Part shown: piece by piece, positions 55,333 through 64,000 of the stretch
How the letters are laid out: each line of letters starts with the position of its first letter
Position numbering within the stretch: the stretch's first letter is position 1
Assembly: GCA_002423395.1 (NCBI GenBank)
Contig: DIVZ01000007.1
Coordinates: 132,442-196,441 of the forward strand
Direction of reading: 5' to 3'
Length of the DNA stretch: 64,000 nucleotides
From: Eubacteriaceae bacterium UBA6119
GTDB taxonomy: Bacteria; Bacillota; Clostridia; Eubacteriales; UBA1433
Position numbers and translations under genes: made by a program
The notes under the pieces: model-generated
Seen by the model: the letters and a program-made list of their open reading frames with translations, nothing else
Databases searched by the model: none
What the model was told of the DNA's origin: nothing

Positions 55333-56382
55333 ATGACAATATCATTACCGGATTTTATTTCGCAGTTAATATCTAACCCAGCATTATTAATAACCGTATT
55401 ATTAACGCTGGGCGTTATTATGGTAAACGGATGGACTGACGCGCCAAACGCTATTGCGACATGCGTTTCAACGCGTTCAATGAGTCCGCGTTCCGCTATT
55501 TTAATGGCGGCGGTTTTTAATTTCCTCGGCGTATTTGTAATGACAATGGTAAACGCCACAGTTGCTCAGACAATATATAACATGGTAGATTTCGGCGGCA
55601 ATTCGCATGAGGCACTCATTGCGCTTACCGCCGCTTTATTTGCAATAGTTTTATGGGCGACCGCCGCATGGGCGTTTGGCATACCGACAAGCGAATCTCA
55701 TGCTTTAATTGCAGGAATATCGGGAGCCGCTATAGCAATTCACGGCGGTATGTCAGGCATAAACGGCGCGCAGTGGATAAAAGTTATTTACGGACTCGGT
55801 TTGTCTACGGTTTTGGGATTTGTTATGGGATACATTACTGTTAAATTGACTGAGCGCATGTGTCTGAATTCGGACAGGTGCAGGATGCACGGCTTTTTTC
55901 AAAAAGCGCAGATAGGCGGCGCCGCGTTAATGGCGTTTATGCACGGAGCGCAGGATGGGCAAAAGTTTATGGGCGTGTTTATGCTGGGTATATTTTTAGC
56001 TAAAGGCACAAACGCATCAACGTTTGTCATACCAATTTGGCTGATGGTTTTATGTTCGCTGATAATGGGACTCGGAACTTCAATAGGCGGAATGCGCATA
56101 ATAAAATCAGTCGGTATGGACATGGTTAAGCTTGAAAAATACCAAGGGTTTTCGGCGGACCTTGCAGCATCAATATGTTTATTGCTTTCTTCGCTTTCAG
56201 GCATTCCCGTAAGCACTACGCATACAAAAACAACTGCGATAATGGGAGTAGGAAGCGCGAAACGTTTATCAAACGTAAACTGGAGCATAGTAAAAGAAAT
56301 GCTCTCCGCATGGTTTTTAACATTTCCCGGATGCGGGCTTATAGGGTTTTTAATGGCATTATTATTTATAAAAATATTTTAA
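55333..56382 (+). CDS. Inorganic phosphate transporter, PiT family
   Basis: 'NGWTDAPNAIAT' and 'GIPVSTTHT' signature pair. Confidence 0.85.
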   Translation: MTISLPDFISQLISNPALLITVLLTLGVIMVNGWTDAPNAIATCVSTRSMSPRSAILMAAVFNFLGVFVMTMVNATVAQTIYNMVDFGGNSHEALIALTAALFAIVLWATAAWAFGIPTSESHALIAGISGAAIAIHGGMSGINGAQWIKVIYGLGLSTVLGFVMGYITVKLTERMCLNSDRCRMHGFFQKAQIGGAALMAFMHGAQDGQKFMGVFMLGIFLAKGTNASTFVIPIWLMVLCSLIMGLGTSIGGMRIIKSVGMDMVKLEKYQGFSADLAASICLLLSSLSGIPVSTTHTKTTAIMGVGSAKRLSNVNWSIVKEMLSAWFLTFPGCGLIGFLMALLFIKIF

Positions 56383-56406
56383 AATAATATGGAGAAGCTA
56401 ACATAA

Positions 56407-57030
56407 ATGAAAAGAAACAAAGAATTTAATTATTTTGATGAATTTATAAAACTTGCTGATTTCTGCTGTCAATCTGCTCAAATGCTGCATCACGTATTAT
56501 CAAATTATAATCCTCATGAAATTGAAGCTCAGATGCTGAAATTGCATGAAATAGAACACCTGGCAGATCAAAGTATGCATAATGTTATGAACAAACTGAT
56601 GAGAGAGTTTATTACTCCTATCGAACGGGAAGATATTATCAGCCTTGTTCAAAATATAGATGATGTTACGGATGCTATAGAAGACGTAATAATGAGAATG
56701 TATATGTTTAATATACAGAAAATAAAACAGGAAGCGTTGGAATTTACGGAGCTTATAGTAAAATGCACTCAGGCATTAAAGACAGCAACGGAAGATTTCA
56801 GCAATTTCAGAAAATCGAAAACAGTAAAAGATAATATTATACAAGTAAACCATTTGGAAGATATCGGCGATAAAATGTATACCGTTGCGGTGCGGAATTT
56901 GTATATATCGAGTAAAGATGCAATCGAGATACTGTCATGGACTCAAATATTTAATAAACTTGAAAATTGTTTTGACGAATGCGAAGATGTGGCAAATTTG
57001 ATGGAAAGCATAATAATGAAAAATACTTAA
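56407..57030 (+). CDS. DUF47 / PhoU-like putative phosphate-transport regulator
   Basis: 207 aa. 'LHEIEHLADQ...FITPIEREDI' and 'NHLEDIGDKMY' repeat halves. Confidence 0.8.
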   Translation: MKRNKEFNYFDEFIKLADFCCQSAQMLHHVLSNYNPHEIEAQMLKLHEIEHLADQSMHNVMNKLMREFITPIEREDIISLVQNIDDVTDAIEDVIMRMYMFNIQKIKQEALEFTELIVKCTQALKTATEDFSNFRKSKTVKDNIIQVNHLEDIGDKMYTVAVRNLYISSKDAIEILSWTQIFNKLENCFDECEDVANLMESIIMKNT

Positions 57031-57032
57031 TA

Positions 57033-57061
57033 AAAAAATATCCCCAAAGGGATATTTTTTA
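57033..57061. terminator. Bidirectional intrinsic terminator
   Basis: AAAAATATCCC-CAAA-GGGATATTTTTT between convergent genes. Confidence 0.75.
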
Positions 57062-57075
57062 AATGCGTTTTATTT

Positions 57076-57969
57076 TTATTTACCTATAAATTCTTGTGTA
57101 AAATACAAGCTTCCGCCTTTTGATACTATTCCGATACCTATATGAGTAAATTTCGGATTAAGTATATTCGCTCTGTGCCCTTCTGAATTCATAAGAGCTG
57201 TATGAGCTTTTTCAACTGAACTGTTAAGCGCAATATTTTCACCCGCTGTTCTATAGCTTATGCCGAACTTCTTCATCATATCAAACGGACTGCCGTATGT
57301 GGGCGATGTATGGGAGAAATAGTTGTTATCTGCCATATCCTGCGATTTTACGCGAGCCATTTGAGATAATTTTGCATCGACTGCAAGAGGTTGTAATCCT
57401 GCTTTCGCACGCTCGTTATTTACAAGATTAACCATTTGCTGTTCCTGTGCAGATATGCCGCTCTGCGCAGGGGTTGTCGGTGTTGTCGGCTGTGTCGGCG
57501 TTGTAGGTTGTGTTGGTGTTGTTGGTGTTGTAGGCTGTGTTGGTGTTGTCGGTGTTGTAGGTTGTGTTGGTGTTGTAGGCTGTGTCGGTTTTGTCGGCGC
57601 AGCAGGTTGTGTCGGCGCTGACGGGTTTGTTATAACATTATTATTTTGTCTAATGCTGTTTAACAATTTTGTCCAATAGTCGCTAAATGATTTAGAAGCT
57701 GTAGTGCCAGTTGTTACTGTTTGTACATTTGCTTTCTGGCTATTGGCGCAATTTGTCGTTATTACTACGCAATTCTCATCAGTTTGTGACGGACATACTC
57801 CGATTCCACATATTGTATTACTGTTGCATGAAGTAGCATTTGCAATATTACAATTAGAGGCAATAGTTAACGCATTTACCGGCGCCGCAAAAGCAATTGC
57901 AATAAGCATAATTACTAAAACGGCAATTAGTTTGTTTCTCCAATTCTTTTTCATTCTTTCTTCCTCCAT
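57076..57969 (-). CDS. Secreted CAP/SCP (YkwD-like) domain protein with Cys-rich module and Pro/Thr linker
   Basis: Signal peptide. 'SNCNIANATSCNSNTICGIGVCPSQTDENCVVITTNCANS' (7 Cys). PT linker. C-terminal 'NNERAKAGL...SHTSPTYGSPFDM...GENIA...GHRANILN' CAP domain. Confidence 0.8.
   Translation of the reverse strand: MEEERMKKNWRNKLIAVLVIMLIAIAFAAPVNALTIASNCNIANATSCNSNTICGIGVCPSQTDENCVVITTNCANSQKANVQTVTTGTTASKSFSDYWTKLLNSIRQNNNVITNPSAPTQPAAPTKPTQPTTPTQPTTPTTPTQPTTPTTPTQPTTPTQPTTPTTPAQSGISAQEQQMVNLVNNERAKAGLQPLAVDAKLSQMARVKSQDMADNNYFSHTSPTYGSPFDMMKKFGISYRTAGENIALNSSVEKAHTALMNSEGHRANILNPKFTHIGIGIVSKGGSLYFTQEFIGK
57469..57624 (-). repeat. Imperfect in-frame tandem repeat encoding (PTQPTTPTT)n
   Basis: 'PSAPTQPAAPTKPTQPTTPTQPTTPTTPTQPTTPTTPTQPTTPTQPTTPTTP'. 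On the plus strand this appears as GGTGTTGT/GGCTGTGT periodicity, which generates the spurious Cys/Val-rich antisense ORFs. Confidence 0.75.
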
Positions 57970-58237
57970 GTTCCAATTCTTTCGGATAATGTTCCGAACG
58001 TGTCATATCTTACTATAAAACGATTTCTTAATCAAGCAAATTGGGAGAAGCTGGATTGGCAATATATTGTATTAAAAATTTAACAAATATGTAACGAAAA
58101 TGTAACATTGTGTTTAAATGGAAAATTTTTACATTTTATAAACAATCAATAACTCTTTGTTTATTATCTCTTTATTAATAAAATTTATTTTTATTTTACT
58201 TAAATTATATATAAATAAGGATTATTCATATTTTGAG

Positions 58238-58894
58238 TCAATTAAGCCGGAAATGATTTTTTGTAAAATTTATGAGTCCTTCTTTTTGCATTTTTGAAAG
58301 CTCTCTCGATAAAGCGCTTCTGTCCGCATTTAAATATTCCGACAAACCATTTCTGTCAAGCGGCAAAACAAATTCCGCGCTGTTTTGTTCCTTTGATAAT
58401 CTGATAAGATAAGTCATGATTTTGTCGCGCAAAGTTGATTTAATAAGACAGTCGTTGCGATCGTGCAGGACCATTGCTTTTTGCGATAATCCGTCAAAAA
58501 GATTGCGGGTCAGTATTTCATGTCTGACGCAATTTTTTTCACAACGTCTAAAAACATTATCAATTGGGATATATAAAACAATAGTATTATCAGATGCCTG
58601 GACAGAAACCGGACTTTCCCTGTTTTTGCTTGCGGCCAATAAAACACCGACATAACTGCCCTCATTTAAAAGCGTTATTATAGTAGTTTTTCCCGACACA
58701 TCATTTTTTATGGAACGGGCGCAGCCGGAGATTATTATACCTATTTTGTCAACATACTCACTTTCAGATAATATTATTTCATCTTTTTTATATTCTTTTA
58801 TATAAGAACTTAAGCAACTAAGCATTTCATTTACATCTTTTGGCTCGATTCCATAAAATAAAATTGAGTTTTTTAAAACATTTATATAGTGCAT
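58238..58894 (-). CDS. Crp/Fnr-family transcriptional regulator
   Basis: cNMP-like beta-barrel plus C-terminal HTH 'RNGLSEYLNADRSALSRELSKMQKEGLI'. Confidence 0.8.
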   Translation of the reverse strand: MHYINVLKNSILFYGIEPKDVNEMLSCLSSYIKEYKKDEIILSESEYVDKIGIIISGCARSIKNDVSGKTTIITLLNEGSYVGVLLAASKNRESPVSVQASDNTIVLYIPIDNVFRRCEKNCVRHEILTRNLFDGLSQKAMVLHDRNDCLIKSTLRDKIMTYLIRLSKEQNSAEFVLPLDRNGLSEYLNADRSALSRELSKMQKEGLINFTKNHFRLN

Positions 58895-58989
58895 TTATTA
58901 AATTTCGTTGCCCTGGCAACATAACTCCTTGTTGAATTATATTATAATCAAAATAAAAACACAACCTAATAAATAGGGGGAAATAATAT

Positions 58990-59478
58990 ATGAGCAACAT
59001 ATTCTCATATTATCTTTACGGTATTGCCGTTATACTGCTTTCCATTTCTTTTGTTAAAAACAAAAGCAAAACACTTATCGCATTAAAAAAATCTCTAAAA
59101 ATGTTTTTAAATATTTTGCCGCAGTTTATAGCGATACTTTTTCTTCTAGGGCTTTTACTGGCGGCAATTCCTTCAGATGTTATTAAAAATACATTAGGTG
59201 AAAATTCCTCATTCAGTGGGATATTATTATCGGCCGCGCTTGGCTCGGCAACTATAATACCTGTGATAATTGCTTTTCCTATTGCTTCCCAGCTATTGCA
59301 AAGCGGCGCTGGAATAGTTCAGATAGCTGTTTTTATTTCAACACTTACAACTGTGGGTTTAATTACAATGCCTCTTGAGATAAAATATCTTGGTAAAAAA
59401 ACAACATATATGCGAAACATGCTTGCATTTTTATTTTCATTCATAACAGCTTATATAACGGGATGGGCGCTTAGATGA
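58990..59478 (+). CDS. Half-size permease (PF03773-like repeat unit), gene 1 of 2
   Basis: 162 aa, 4 TM. 'GILLSAALGSATIIPVIIAFPIASQLLQSGAG' resembles one repeat of the 34867..35871 permease, but without Cys. Confidence 0.5.
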   Translation: MSNIFSYYLYGIAVILLSISFVKNKSKTLIALKKSLKMFLNILPQFIAILFLLGLLLAAIPSDVIKNTLGENSSFSGILLSAALGSATIIPVIIAFPIASQLLQSGAGIVQIAVFISTLTTVGLITMPLEIKYLGKKTTYMRNMLAFLFSFITAYITGWALR

Positions 59479-60005
59479 GAATTTTTAAAAAGCATCTTTT
59501 TTTAATAGTTGTTTTAAGCGCAAATTTTGCGGCATTAATTTTCCTGCCTCAAACAGGCATTAAGTCAATTGAATTCACTCTTAAGAATTTTATGAATTTT
59601 CTGTTTATGCTCGCTCCTGTTTTTATATGCATAGGGTTAATGGATGTATGGATTGATAGAGAGACAATGGTTAAATTGATGGGCAAAAATTCAAATAGCA
59701 AGGGAATATTAATATCGTTTGCTTTTGGCGTTGTAACGGCAGTGCCTTTATACGCGCTTCTTCCTGTTGCGGGAATGCTCTTAAAAAAAGGCAGTAAAAT
59801 ATCAAACGTTTTAATTTTTATATGTTCTTCGGCAAGCATAAGAATACCTTTATTATTATTTGAGGTTTCATATATGGGATGGAAATTCACGGCAGTAAGA
59901 TTTGTTGTAAATTTATTTATTGTTTTCGCAATCGCAATAATTATTGATAAAAATCTAAATGAAAAAGATAAAAATGAAATATACGACAATGCGTATAGAT
60001 TATAA
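59475..60005 (+). CDS. Half-size permease (PF03773-like repeat unit), gene 2 of 2
   Basis: 176 aa, 4 TM. 'GILISFAFGVVTAVPLYALLPVAGMLLKKGSK'. ATGA overlap with gene 1. Confidence 0.5.
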   Translation: MRIFKKHLFLIVVLSANFAALIFLPQTGIKSIEFTLKNFMNFLFMLAPVFICIGLMDVWIDRETMVKLMGKNSNSKGILISFAFGVVTAVPLYALLPVAGMLLKKGSKISNVLIFICSSASIRIPLLLFEVSYMGWKFTAVRFVVNLFIVFAIAIIIDKNLNEKDKNEIYDNAYRL

Positions 60006-60013
60006 ATAAAAAA

Positions 60014-60035
60014 ACCGTCTCCGTATAGAGACGGT
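60014..60035. terminator. Bidirectional intrinsic terminator
   Basis: ACCGTCTC-CGTATA-GAGACGGT flanked by an A run and a T run. Confidence 0.75.
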
Positions 60036-60046
60036 AAATTTTTATG

Positions 60047-61612
60047 TTAATCAGTCATTGCCTTTACTTCTTCAAATTCATTCTGTATTTCTTTTGACGG
60101 TTCTTTTGTTGCTAGTGATACTATTAATATAAGGATACTAGAGAATATGAAAGCCGGCAAAAGCTCGTATATTCCAAATACTCCTCCCAAAGGTTTGATT
60201 AAAAGTTTCCAGATAAACACCATGCCTGCGCCGCCCAGCATACCTGCAACTGCGCCTGCGCGTGATGTGCGTTTCCAGAACAGTGAGAACAGCATAATCG
60301 GACCGAAAGTCGCTCCGAATCCTGCCCATGCGAAGCTTACAACTTTAAATATTACGCTGTTTTCATCAAGCGCGATTATTATACCTATTAATGCAACAAC
60401 TAATAAGGTAATTCGGCTTATTTTCATAATTTTTTTATCATCTGCCTGTTTTTTTGAAATACTTTGATAAATGTTTCTTGAAAACGCAGAAGACGCTATT
60501 AAAAGGTATGAGTCTGAAGAACTCATTGTCGCGGCAAGAATACCTGCCATCATTATTCCCGCTACAAACGGGTTCATAAGAGTTTGTGAAATTACGATGA
60601 ATATACTTTCGGAAGCCGGTGCGGTTAGCAGAGCATTCGGATATAAAGCTCTTCCGATTATACCAATAAATACTGCGGCTGCAAGTGAAATTACAACCCA
60701 TATCATTGCTATGCGGCGAGATTTGGTGAGCTCTCCGGTAGTTCTGATACCCATAAATCTAAGCAGTACCTGGGGCATGCCAAAGTATCCAAGCCCCCAT
60801 GCCATAGTTGAAATTATGGTAATAAGCCCGTAAGAACCTGCATTCGCTGAAAACAAAGCCGTTCCTGCGGCAGAAAGCTGCTGTACGCCCGAAGCGTTTG
60901 TTACCGGCTTGGCAATTCCAAAAAATTCAAAGAAACCGGGAATGCTTTTTGCGTTCTGAATTACAGTGTCAATTCCTCCGGCTGCTATAGTGCCTGTAAC
61001 TAAAACTGCAATAAGCGCCAGAATCATAACAATACCCTGCACAAAATCGGAAGTGCTTTCTGCCAAAAAACCGCCGAGCAAAGTGTATGAAAGTACTATT
61101 GCCGCACCAATAAGCATCATCAGCCTGTAGTCAAAACCGAAAAGCTGATTAAACAATCTGCCGCAAGTTACGAAACAGCTTGCGGTATATACTGAAAAAA
61201 ATACAAGAATAAATGAAGCGGCTATTGTCATAATAACTTTTTTATTTTCTTTAAAACGATTGCTGAAAAATTCAGGTATTGTTATAGCGTTGCCTGCTTT
61301 TATTGAATACCTTCGAAGTCTTTTTGATACTAGCAGCCAGTTTAGGTATGTACCTATTGCAAGTCCTATAGCTGTCCAAACAGCATCGGAAAGACCGCAC
61401 CAGTATGCGACGCCCGGAAGGCCCATTAAAAGCCATCCGCTCATATCGGAGGCTTCTGCGCTCATTGCGGCTACCCACGGACCAAGCCTTCTGCCGCCGA
61501 TAAAAAAGTTTTCAGAACCTTCATTTGCAACTTTGGCAAAATAAAGTCCGATTACTATCATTGCGATTAAGTATAATACCATTGAAGATAGTGTGATTAG
61601 TGAATTGTTCAT
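60047..61612 (-). CDS. putP: Sodium/proline symporter (SSS family)
   Basis: 'FFIGGRRLGPWVAAMSAEASDMSGWLLMGLPG'. The start at ATG 61612 (MNNSLITL) has the SD AAGGGG 6 nt upstream. The track start at 61690 is unlikely. Confidence 0.85.
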   Translation of the reverse strand: MNNSLITLSSMVLYLIAMIVIGLYFAKVANEGSENFFIGGRRLGPWVAAMSAEASDMSGWLLMGLPGVAYWCGLSDAVWTAIGLAIGTYLNWLLVSKRLRRYSIKAGNAITIPEFFSNRFKENKKVIMTIAASFILVFFSVYTASCFVTCGRLFNQLFGFDYRLMMLIGAAIVLSYTLLGGFLAESTSDFVQGIVMILALIAVLVTGTIAAGGIDTVIQNAKSIPGFFEFFGIAKPVTNASGVQQLSAAGTALFSANAGSYGLITIISTMAWGLGYFGMPQVLLRFMGIRTTGELTKSRRIAMIWVVISLAAAVFIGIIGRALYPNALLTAPASESIFIVISQTLMNPFVAGIMMAGILAATMSSSDSYLLIASSAFSRNIYQSISKKQADDKKIMKISRITLLVVALIGIIIALDENSVIFKVVSFAWAGFGATFGPIMLFSLFWKRTSRAGAVAGMLGGAGMVFIWKLLIKPLGGVFGIYELLPAFIFSSILILIVSLATKEPSKEIQNEFEEVKAMTD

Positions 61613-61803
61613 TATAAACCCCTTAATATATTTATATAAAACCAAATAAAACAAAAAAATTATATCATAAACCAAATTTAAAAAAAACACAATTCTTAAA
61701 AAGTTCTTAACTCAAATATTAATCATGTTTTTTAAAATAAGGGTCAAGAAATACTTTATTAAATCATAAGATATAATAAAGTGAATTTTGAGAGGTTTAT
61801 TAA

Positions 61804-62352
61804 ATGTCTGTTACTGATGAAATAATAAAAAACAAACAAGATATTATTAATACAGCACGAACTTTATGGGCGCAACGTGCAAAATGGACACGTATGCTAA
61901 TTATAAGCAGTATTGAAAATCTGCCTGATTTAAGTTTGGTATCAAAGAGACTTATAAAGAATTCAACTTCTATCGCCGATGAAATAAGAAAATACTACGG
62001 AAAAGAAAAAGCTAAAGTTTTTGAAGAATTATTATTAAGTAATTTATTAACAGGGCAAATGCTTGCTGATAATTTAAAAATTTCAAATGTACAAGCTGCT
62101 GATGAATACAGAAGGCAGTGGTATGAAAACGCAGATGATCTTGCAGAGTTTTTATGTGATATTAATGCGTATTACAACGTGCACGAATGGCGGGCGATGC
62201 TTTATGACCATCTTTACATGACGGAGAATGAGTTAACATACAGGTTAAAAAAAGATTATGAATCGGAAATTTCGGAATATGACAGTATAGATATGCAGGT
62301 ATTAAGGATAGCCGACATGATGAGTGACGGCATTATAAAACAGTTCATATGA
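61804..62352 (+). CDS. Hypothetical helical protein
   Basis: A clean 182-aa ORF. No family recognised. Confidence 0.4.
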   Translation: MSVTDEIIKNKQDIINTARTLWAQRAKWTRMLIISSIENLPDLSLVSKRLIKNSTSIADEIRKYYGKEKAKVFEELLLSNLLTGQMLADNLKISNVQAADEYRRQWYENADDLAEFLCDINAYYNVHEWRAMLYDHLYMTENELTYRLKKDYESEISEYDSIDMQVLRIADMMSDGIIKQFI

Positions 62353-62381
62353 ATTAGATATATGAAATAAAAAAGGTTCTG

Positions 62382-62678
62382 TTATTCAGAACCTTCAAAA
62401 TAGTTATCATACAAATCAGCTACATATTCATTATCACGCTGTTGTATTGAATTTGTTTGTTCATTATACAACGCTTCGTCGCGGATTTCACTTCTCATTC
62501 CTTTTAGAGCATTTTGTCTTCTCTTATTCTTTTCTTCAAGTTCCTTTTTCATTTTACTGTCTGATGTTTTTTCTATCATCTCATCTGCGCGGTGTATGTT
62601 CTGTATTGTCATTGTTATATTATCTTGAATTCTTTCCACATTATCACTGCGGTCGTCAGGTTTGGGTTTGTTATTCAT
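62382..62678 (-). CDS. tlp: Small acid-soluble spore protein Tlp
   Basis: 'NNKPKPDDRSDNVERIQDNI..TIQNI..A.EMI' matches the Tlp N-terminus. ATG 62678 lies 9 nt from AAGGAG. The stop lies inside a terminator hairpin (62373-62395). Confidence 0.65.
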   Translation of the reverse strand: MNNKPKPDDRSDNVERIQDNITMTIQNIHRADEMIEKTSDSKMKKELEEKNKRRQNALKGMRSEIRDEALYNEQTNSIQQRDNEYVADLYDNYFEGSE

Positions 62679-62752
62679 TGATTGCATCTCCTTAAAAATA
62701 CTTTTATTTTAGTATTTATAAATAAAATGCAATTTATAATGGAAAAATTTGT

Positions 62753-63274
62753 TTAGATTATCAAATAACCTTTTTCTTTTAATTTGCTTTCTATTAAATC
62801 AAGAATATCTTCGCTGTCTGCAAAAACCATATGCGAATGAACGCCGTTTGTAAGCTCTTTAAGCGGACGCGTTTGATTTGCTGTAAGTTCCGATATAAAA
62901 TCCTGAACGTCTTTTCTTGATGAGATTGATAAATCCGCGGTAATTGCACCATATATCATATGGTTGACAACAACGTTTGACACTCTGCCGCCAAGGTCGA
63001 CAATTGTGTTTAATTCGTCCTGTATTTGTTTGTTTGTATGATTTACCGTAAAAATGCGGACAGCTTTTTTTGATGCATCAGACTGGATTATATAGCCTTT
63101 ATGTGTGGAAATAATATTAATATTAGACGCTCTCATAAGAGCGATATCTGACACTATTATCTGGCGGCTGACGCCGAGATGTTTTGCCAGAATGCTTGCG
63201 GATACGGGCTTATCGCTTGATTTTATTATATTCAAAATCTCACTGCGTCTTATATCGCCTGACAAAAGTAACAC
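62753..63274 (-). CDS. niaR: Transcription repressor NiaR (NadR/YrxA, HTH + 3H domain)
   Basis: 'RRSEILNIIKSSDKPVSASILAKHLGVSRQIIVSDIALMRA' plus 3H-domain histidines ('VNHT', 'VNHMIYG', 'GVHSH'). The start is uncertain (GTG 63274 or TTG 63265). Confidence 0.8.
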   Translation of the reverse strand: MLLLSGDIRRSEILNIIKSSDKPVSASILAKHLGVSRQIIVSDIALMRASNINIISTHKGYIIQSDASKKAVRIFTVNHTNKQIQDELNTIVDLGGRVSNVVVNHMIYGAITADLSISSRKDVQDFISELTANQTRPLKELTNGVHSHMVFADSEDILDLIESKLKEKGYLII

Positions 63275-63405
63275 CTTCCATTCATATATAGTATTTAGTG
63301 TATATTAAATATTATTATCTGTCAATAATCACATAAATTACTCGGGTTGACAATGCTGCATAGTAATAGTATAGTATAATTAAATCAAGTAATATATGGT
63401 GAAAA

Positions 63406-63798
63406 ATGAAAAAAGTTATAGCGATTATTTTAATAATAGTTTTTTTAATTGTAATTGGAGGAGTTATAGCTTTTAATATTATGAGTAAAAAAAGCGAAAA
63501 CGAACTTGCGGAGGCAGTTATTACTGACGTGGATTTATCAAAAATTCCCGACGGCAGCTACAGCGGAAGCAGCAGTATTTTTCCTGTGAAAGTGCAAGTT
63601 GAAGTGAATGTACAAAACCATAAAATAATTAATATAAAAATTATAAAGCATGATAACGGAAAAGGCGCAAAAGCCGAAGCGCTGACACAAGAAGTCATAA
63701 AAGCGCAATCACTGAACGTGGATGCAATAAGCGGAGCTACTACAAGCAGCAAAGCGATATTGAAAGCTATAGAAAACGCACTTAAAAATGGCAATTAG
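63406..63798 (+). CDS. FMN-binding domain protein, membrane-anchored
   Basis: N-terminal TM and 'VDAISGATTSSKAILKAIENAL' FMN_bind motif. Confidence 0.7.
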   Translation: MKKVIAIILIIVFLIVIGGVIAFNIMSKKSENELAEAVITDVDLSKIPDGSYSGSSSIFPVKVQVEVNVQNHKIINIKIIKHDNGKGAKAEALTQEVIKAQSLNVDAISGATTSSKAILKAIENALKNGN

Positions 63799-63819
63799 TA
63801 TTATTATAGGAGAAAGCAA

Positions 63820-64000
63820 ATGAAAATAGGAATGATTATTTTTTCTCAGACAGGCAACACATTGTCTGCTGCAAAGACGCTTAAAATCAGGCTCAACAAT
63901 GAAGGACAAGATGTAGAAATTCAAAGAATCGAGCAAGCAGATGAAAACAACAGAGACCCGAAAAAAATTGAAATAAAAAACATGCCTCAGCTTAATATTT
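63820..64000 (+). CDS. Flavodoxin-like protein (5' part, runs off the window)
   Basis: 'MKIGMIIFSQTGNTLSAAKTL' flavodoxin phosphate-binding loop. SD AGGAGA 7 nt upstream. Confidence 0.6.
   Translation, partial: MKIGMIIFSQTGNTLSAAKTLKIRLNNEGQDVEIQRIEQADENNRDPKKIEIKNMPQLNI

Noticed and set aside
57469-57624. Short periodic repeat that might be mistaken for a CRISPR-like array
   Set aside because: The units are 9-27 nt, contiguous, in frame and without unique spacers. They encode a PT linker inside a CDS.
57436-58018. Plus-strand ORFs rich in Cys/Arg/Val (57436..57621, 57455..57679, 57704..58018)
   Set aside because: They are antisense shadows of the Pro/Thr repeat and the rest of the CAP-domain gene on the minus strand. 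Their low-complexity composition follows directly from the complement of the ACN/CCN codons.

Overview
Low-GC Firmicutes (Clostridia-like) chromosomal segment with about 75 protein genes, standard code 11. Genes end in TAA, TAG and TGA. I found no rRNA, tRNA, CRISPR array, transposase or integrase.

Most of the window is housekeeping or accessory metabolism:
- ThiW, two class-I aminotransferases, citrate synthase, IlvA, AsnB, NadE, PutP, PiT/PhoU-like, NiaR and the spore protein Tlp.
- A CadC/CadA metal pump and a YtrA-type GntR+ABC operon.

Five regions stand out:
1. 46.7-53.0 kb: a surface-fibre locus. It combines an archaeal-type signal peptidase (SipW), three TasA-like SipW-signal proteins, a 781-aa secreted vWA protein, an LPKTG-anchored protein whose body looks TasA/camelysin-like, and its own class-A sortase. 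I do not know this chimeric SipW-fibre plus sortase-anchor logic as a described system.
2. 34.4-40.3 kb: an ArsR-operated cluster built around thiol chemistry. It holds an ArsP-like TPFCSC permease, a Cys-tailed ferredoxin, a TlpA-like thioredoxin, CcdA, a mini-thioredoxin, a tandem DUF2703 protein with poly-Cys termini, and ArsC-DUF503-GNAT. There is no ArsB/Acr3/ArsA.
3. 12.3-18.3 kb: a VTC-domain + DUF4956 + Cthe_2159-like beta-helix lipoprotein + GT2-GtrA + phosphodiester-glycosidase envelope cluster.
4. 29.0-30.9 kb: a very AT-rich AIPR abortive-infection gene. It is one 616-codon frame broken by a single in-frame TAG.
5. 791-846: a terminator-embedded hairpin directly upstream of thiW, which I propose as an HMP-PP (thiS-motif) riboswitch candidate.

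There are also several signs of gene decay: an in-frame TAA in a MerR/TipAS regulator, a DUF1905 pseudogene and a polysaccharide-deacetylase remnant.

All calls rest on reading the translated ORFs and the DNA by eye. No database search was run.
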